From the NCBI RefSeq assembly GCF_000143415.4, contig NW_003314312.1:611510-675509 (forward strand): DNA of 64,000 nt. Reading direction: 5' to 3'. The translations under genes were made by a program, and so were the position numbers. This DNA is from Selaginella moellendorffii (Eukaryota; Plantae; Lycopodiophyta). Of the stretch, positions 60,301 through 64,000 are shown one piece after another. Within the stretch, counting starts at the first letter, position 1. The number at the start of each line of letters is the position of its first letter. The notes below the pieces were generated by a model. The model did not search any database and was not told the origin of the DNA. It saw only the letters and a program-made list of their open reading frames with translations.

Positions 60301-61500
60301 CCCAGCAGATTCCTTACCAGTACAACAAAAGGCAGTGGAGATCCGAGCACGGGGGTTTTGCCTTCTCAACAGACACCTTTACAGGAGGACTTCTCAGGAG
60401 GTTTTGTTGTGGTGTGTGGGGGAACACGAGGTCTCTGAACTCCTTTGTGCTTTCCACTCTTGTGCGGGGCATTTCTCGGGACAGGTCACAGCACAGCTCC
60501 TCTTGCACCATGGCTACTTTTGGCCTCGGATTCACCAGGACAGCTTGGCCTATGCAAAGGCATGTGAGCAGTGCCAATGGTTCAACCCCCAGAGCCATGT
60601 TCCATATCTTCCTTTCCAGCTCATTACTTCTCTGGGTCCTTTTTTCCAATGGGGACTTGACTTTGTTGGCCCAATCAACCCACCGAGCTTAGAAGGACAA
60701 CGATACATCATCATGGCAACGGACTATTTCACAAAATGGGTTGAGGCCACCCCTTTGCGATAGGCAGATCAACAGTCTATAGCAAAATTTGTCTATGAGT
60801 ACATCATTTGCCGATTTGGAGTTCCTGCTGTTTTGGTTTCCGATCGTGGTAGCGGCTTCCTTGGACAGGTGATGCAGCATCTTCTCCAGCGGCTGTAGGT
60901 CAAGCACGTGAAGAGCAGCAGCTATTATCCTGAGTGCAATGGCCAGGTAGAGTCCAGCAACAAGATATTGAAGACAGTCATCTCAAAGCTTGTGGAGGAT
61001 CACCCAAGGCATTGGCACGAGCACTTGGTTATGGCGTTGTGGGCCGTTTGGATGTCCTTCAAGACATCCATCTCTGCAACCCCATTCTCCCTTGTCTATG
61101 GGACAGAGGCCGTGCTTCCAGTGGAGATCCAGGTGCCATCACTCTCACTTTCACTTTGATACGCAGTAGTGATGCAGCTTAGCGATGAGGACAAGCTTCA
61201 TACACGTGACTTGGAGGTTCTTGCCTTGGAAGAACAACGATGATCCACAACTAAACATCTCCTTTGAGGCAAAAAAAAGATTAAGTTAGTCATCGATCAC
61301 CAATGGTCTGCTGAACCATTCGAGGATGGTGATCTTGTTCTACTCAACGAGTTTATGCCACCTTCGAAGTTCTCCCCTTGCTGGATTGGTCCCTACTTTG
61401 TCCAGTGACACATCGGAGGCAGAGCACATGTGCTAGTTGATGCTGATGGAGGTGAGCTCCCACATGCTCACAACCACTCTCGTTTCAAACGCTTCATCCG
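57370..61500 (+). pseudogene. gag-pol: Degenerate non-chromoviral-type Ty3/Gypsy gag-pol (Gag, protease, RNase H, integrase); RT not seen
   Basis: LPTFSG Gag-like start; CTHCETNTHNTQRC knuckle; ALIDSGSGSNII protease (~58860); YYAS..EKEVVAIVYTLERFHHFLVG RNase H; GHFSG..CEQCQ, PFFQWGLDFVGPI, TDYFTKWVEA, NGQVESSNK, TPFSLVYG integrase; many stops. Confidence 0.88.
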
Positions 61501-62041
61501 GTGAGGCGTTCCTCTTCTCTTCTTTTTCTTTTTTCATTTTCATCCTTTCTTTCACTNNNNNNNNNNNNNNNNNNNNNNNNNNNNNNNNNNNNNNNNNNNN
61601 NNNNNNNNNNNNNNNNNNNNNNNNNNNNNNNNNNNNNNNNNNNNNNNNNNNNNNNNNNNNNNNNNNNNNNNNNNNNNNNNNNNNNNNNNNNNNNNNNNNN
61701 NNNNNNNNNNNNNNNNNNNNNNNNNNNNNNNNNNNNNNNNNNNNNNNNNNNNNNNNNNNNNNNNNNNNNNNNNNNNNNNNNNNNNNNNNNNNNNNNNNNN
61801 NNNNNNNNNNNNNNNNNNNNNNNNNNNNNNNNNNNNNNNNNNNNNNNNNNNNNNNNNNNNNNNNNNNNNNNNNNNNNNNNNNNNNNNNNNNNNNNNNNNN
61901 NNNNNNNNNNNNNNNNNNNNNNNNNNNNNNNNNNNNNNNNNNNNNNNNNNNNNNNNNNNNNNNNNNNNNNNNNNNNNNNNNNNNNNNNNNNNNNNNNNNN
62001 NNNNNNNNNNNNNNNNNNNNNNNNNNNNNNNNNNNNNNNNN

Positions 62042-64000
62042 CTGCTCCAGCACTCAGTGGACACATGCCACCTCCCTTTACCGGCAACCTAGTGACTACG
62101 ACGTCCTTTTCAGCTGCTGACTTCTTCAGTCTGACATATCAGACTGGCCACCTTCTCAGAGTGCCACCCCATCTCAGCATTCCACCATATCACTCCACCA
62201 TATCGGGACTGGAGTAAGTGCAGGAGTAGGAGCAAGAGCAGGTGGTTACCAATTACCGGTTACAAGTCCTCGGTTACTGGTTACTAGTTACTGGTTACCG
62301 GTTACCGGCTACTCCGAGTGGTCAGCACTTACTCTACAGGCCAACAGTTATCAATGGTCACCTTTTTAGAGTGCCACCACCATCTTGGTGCTCCACCATA
62401 TCTCTCCATCTTTCATCATTTCCACACTTACCACCCTTGGGCAACACATCCCCTCTTCTACCTCTCTTTCTTTCTCGATTTTGGCCAATCCTTGGAGCAT
62501 ACCAGAAGTCATCAAGAGGCTGCATTTGTATATTACACTTTCTTGAGCCAAAATCCAAGGTCCAGTTTGATTACAGGGTTTCCCACCGGGTTTTCCTCCC
62601 TGTCTCCAAACTTGACACCTACCTTTTTTCTTTCTTTTCCGCTTTGTTTTCTAGAGGTTCTACTATTTCCCGCAACTACCAGCACTTGGCATCAGTAGCA
62701 GAGGAACACTCTACACTCTTCAGAGGGTTCTCACGCATCTGGAGCCAACGCGATCCACCGTGGTTGCATGTTAGGGCGTGGCCACCGAGAGAGTGAGAGA
62801 GAGAGAGGGAATATTCTGGTCCTCAAAATATTCCTCATCTTTCTTGTATAAACCCTTGCCTCACAAGGGCAACGGGGGGCATTTTTGTGAAGAGCATTGA
62901 AGCATTTCTCGCGTTTGAGCGAGCGTTGGGGGAGGTGCCCCTCCTTCCCCCAACAGATGCAATTAAAGTGCATTTTAATGATAACTTGTAAAAGGGGAAC
63001 ATGATAGAGTTGAGGTTCATATTTAGCAAAGGAGACAAACCAAGGGGGACATATGGCAAAGGGAAATTCAGGAAGAGTTTCTCTAAGAATGAGTCTTCAG
63101 GGTTTCAAAAAGGCAAATCCAATGGTCAGCGAGCAAACACATGGGGGAGTCAAACAAAAAAGGATAAACCCATTAATAAGAAGGCCAAGTCTACTAGTAG
63201 TGTGGGAAATAGCTTATGCTACAACTGCGGTGAAGTAGGATATTTTCTAAGAGAATGTCCTTACCTGAAGAAAGCCAAAGTCAATATAGCTATTAAGTCG
63301 AGTGAAGTCCAAATTAAAGTATGTGATCTAGTCCCTAGCTCAAAGTTACTCATTACACGAGCAACTTTAGTAGAGAGTCATTTGCGACATCTACTAGCCC
63401 TCCAAAGGAAGCTATATTTGAAGAGATACAATGTTTCTTGTCTCAGTGGGATGAACATTTTGGGATTTTCATTTTCTCACCTAAATCCTTGGTCCAATTT
63501 CTCAAAGTAGTGCATTTGGGCTTGTAGATCTGGCCTACATCTACAAGTAGTGGTGATTCTTAGCACTAGATTTGGGCAAATTAACGGCATGCAAAAGGAT
63601 TTTCTTCTCCAGTTAAATTGAGTCATCTTTGTAGTATGAATTCATGCTTCTCCGGGCTTTGTTTTGGATGCCTTTTGTTTCTAGAGGTGCTCTTGGTCCT
63701 AGGATTTCCAAAAAAATACCAATGGCACCTTAGTATCGATCTACATCAATGACATGAACATGTTTTTCCATAATATTGGTGTTCTGGGCTACCTCTTCTT
63801 GGATTTCAAGGAATATTGAGGTAGCTTCTTCACAAATTCTTGTGGTAGAGGGTAGATAGGGCTGAGCCCTTTCCAATCTTTAGAGTGCAGGAGTAGGAGT
63901 GAGAGCAGGTGGTTACCGGTTACCAATTATAGGTCACTGGTTATTGATTACTAGTTACTAGTTACCGATCACCGGCTACTCCAAGAGGTCAGTGTTGTGA
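62042..64000 (+). repeat. Family C LTR-like/3' repeat region with an inserted Gag zinc-knuckle fragment (~62956-63455)
   Basis: Direct repeats of 55976-57000; CYNCGEVGYFLREC in ORF 63001-63510. Confidence 0.55.

Overview
Eukaryotic, repeat-dense land-plant DNA, judged from PPR remnants, a 5S-bearing Cassandra TRIM, tRNA-Met PBSs and plant telo-boxes; a fern or lycophyte origin is plausible but unproven. Most of the window is nested LTR retroelements: (i) a GC-rich non-coding LARD-like family 'A' with microsatellite-filled LTRs (partial copy at 1-1060, full copies at 18663-26711 and 34247-55339); (ii) an old AT-rich family 'B'; (iii) a scrambled Ty3/Gypsy mosaic (2216-8785); (iv) a Cassandra inside a PPR pseudogene; (v) an RT-less Gypsy (57370-61500); plus a bulb-lectin pseudogene. 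The standout is a ~13.7-kb TIR-bounded DNA transposon (39243-52959, 22-bp perfect TIR core, probable 4-bp TSD) inserted in a family-A element. It carries a Sola1-like DDD transposase and a divergently transcribed multi-exon cargo gene with an apparent ParB/Srx-like domain, a degenerate amino-methyltransferase-like domain, an acidic linker and an FCP1/NIF-type HAD phosphatase domain. The element holds about 24 copies of a 22-bp palindrome (consensus ATGGCRTGWGGCCWCAYGCCAT) that I did not find outside it; several copies sit in mutually similar 46-56-nt mini-introns. This suggests a transposon-encoded ParB-fold protein plus cognate palindromic cis-site system. Domain calls are by eye from motifs and need HMM or structure confirmation. 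Both genes in this copy carry C>T-type nonsense mutations.
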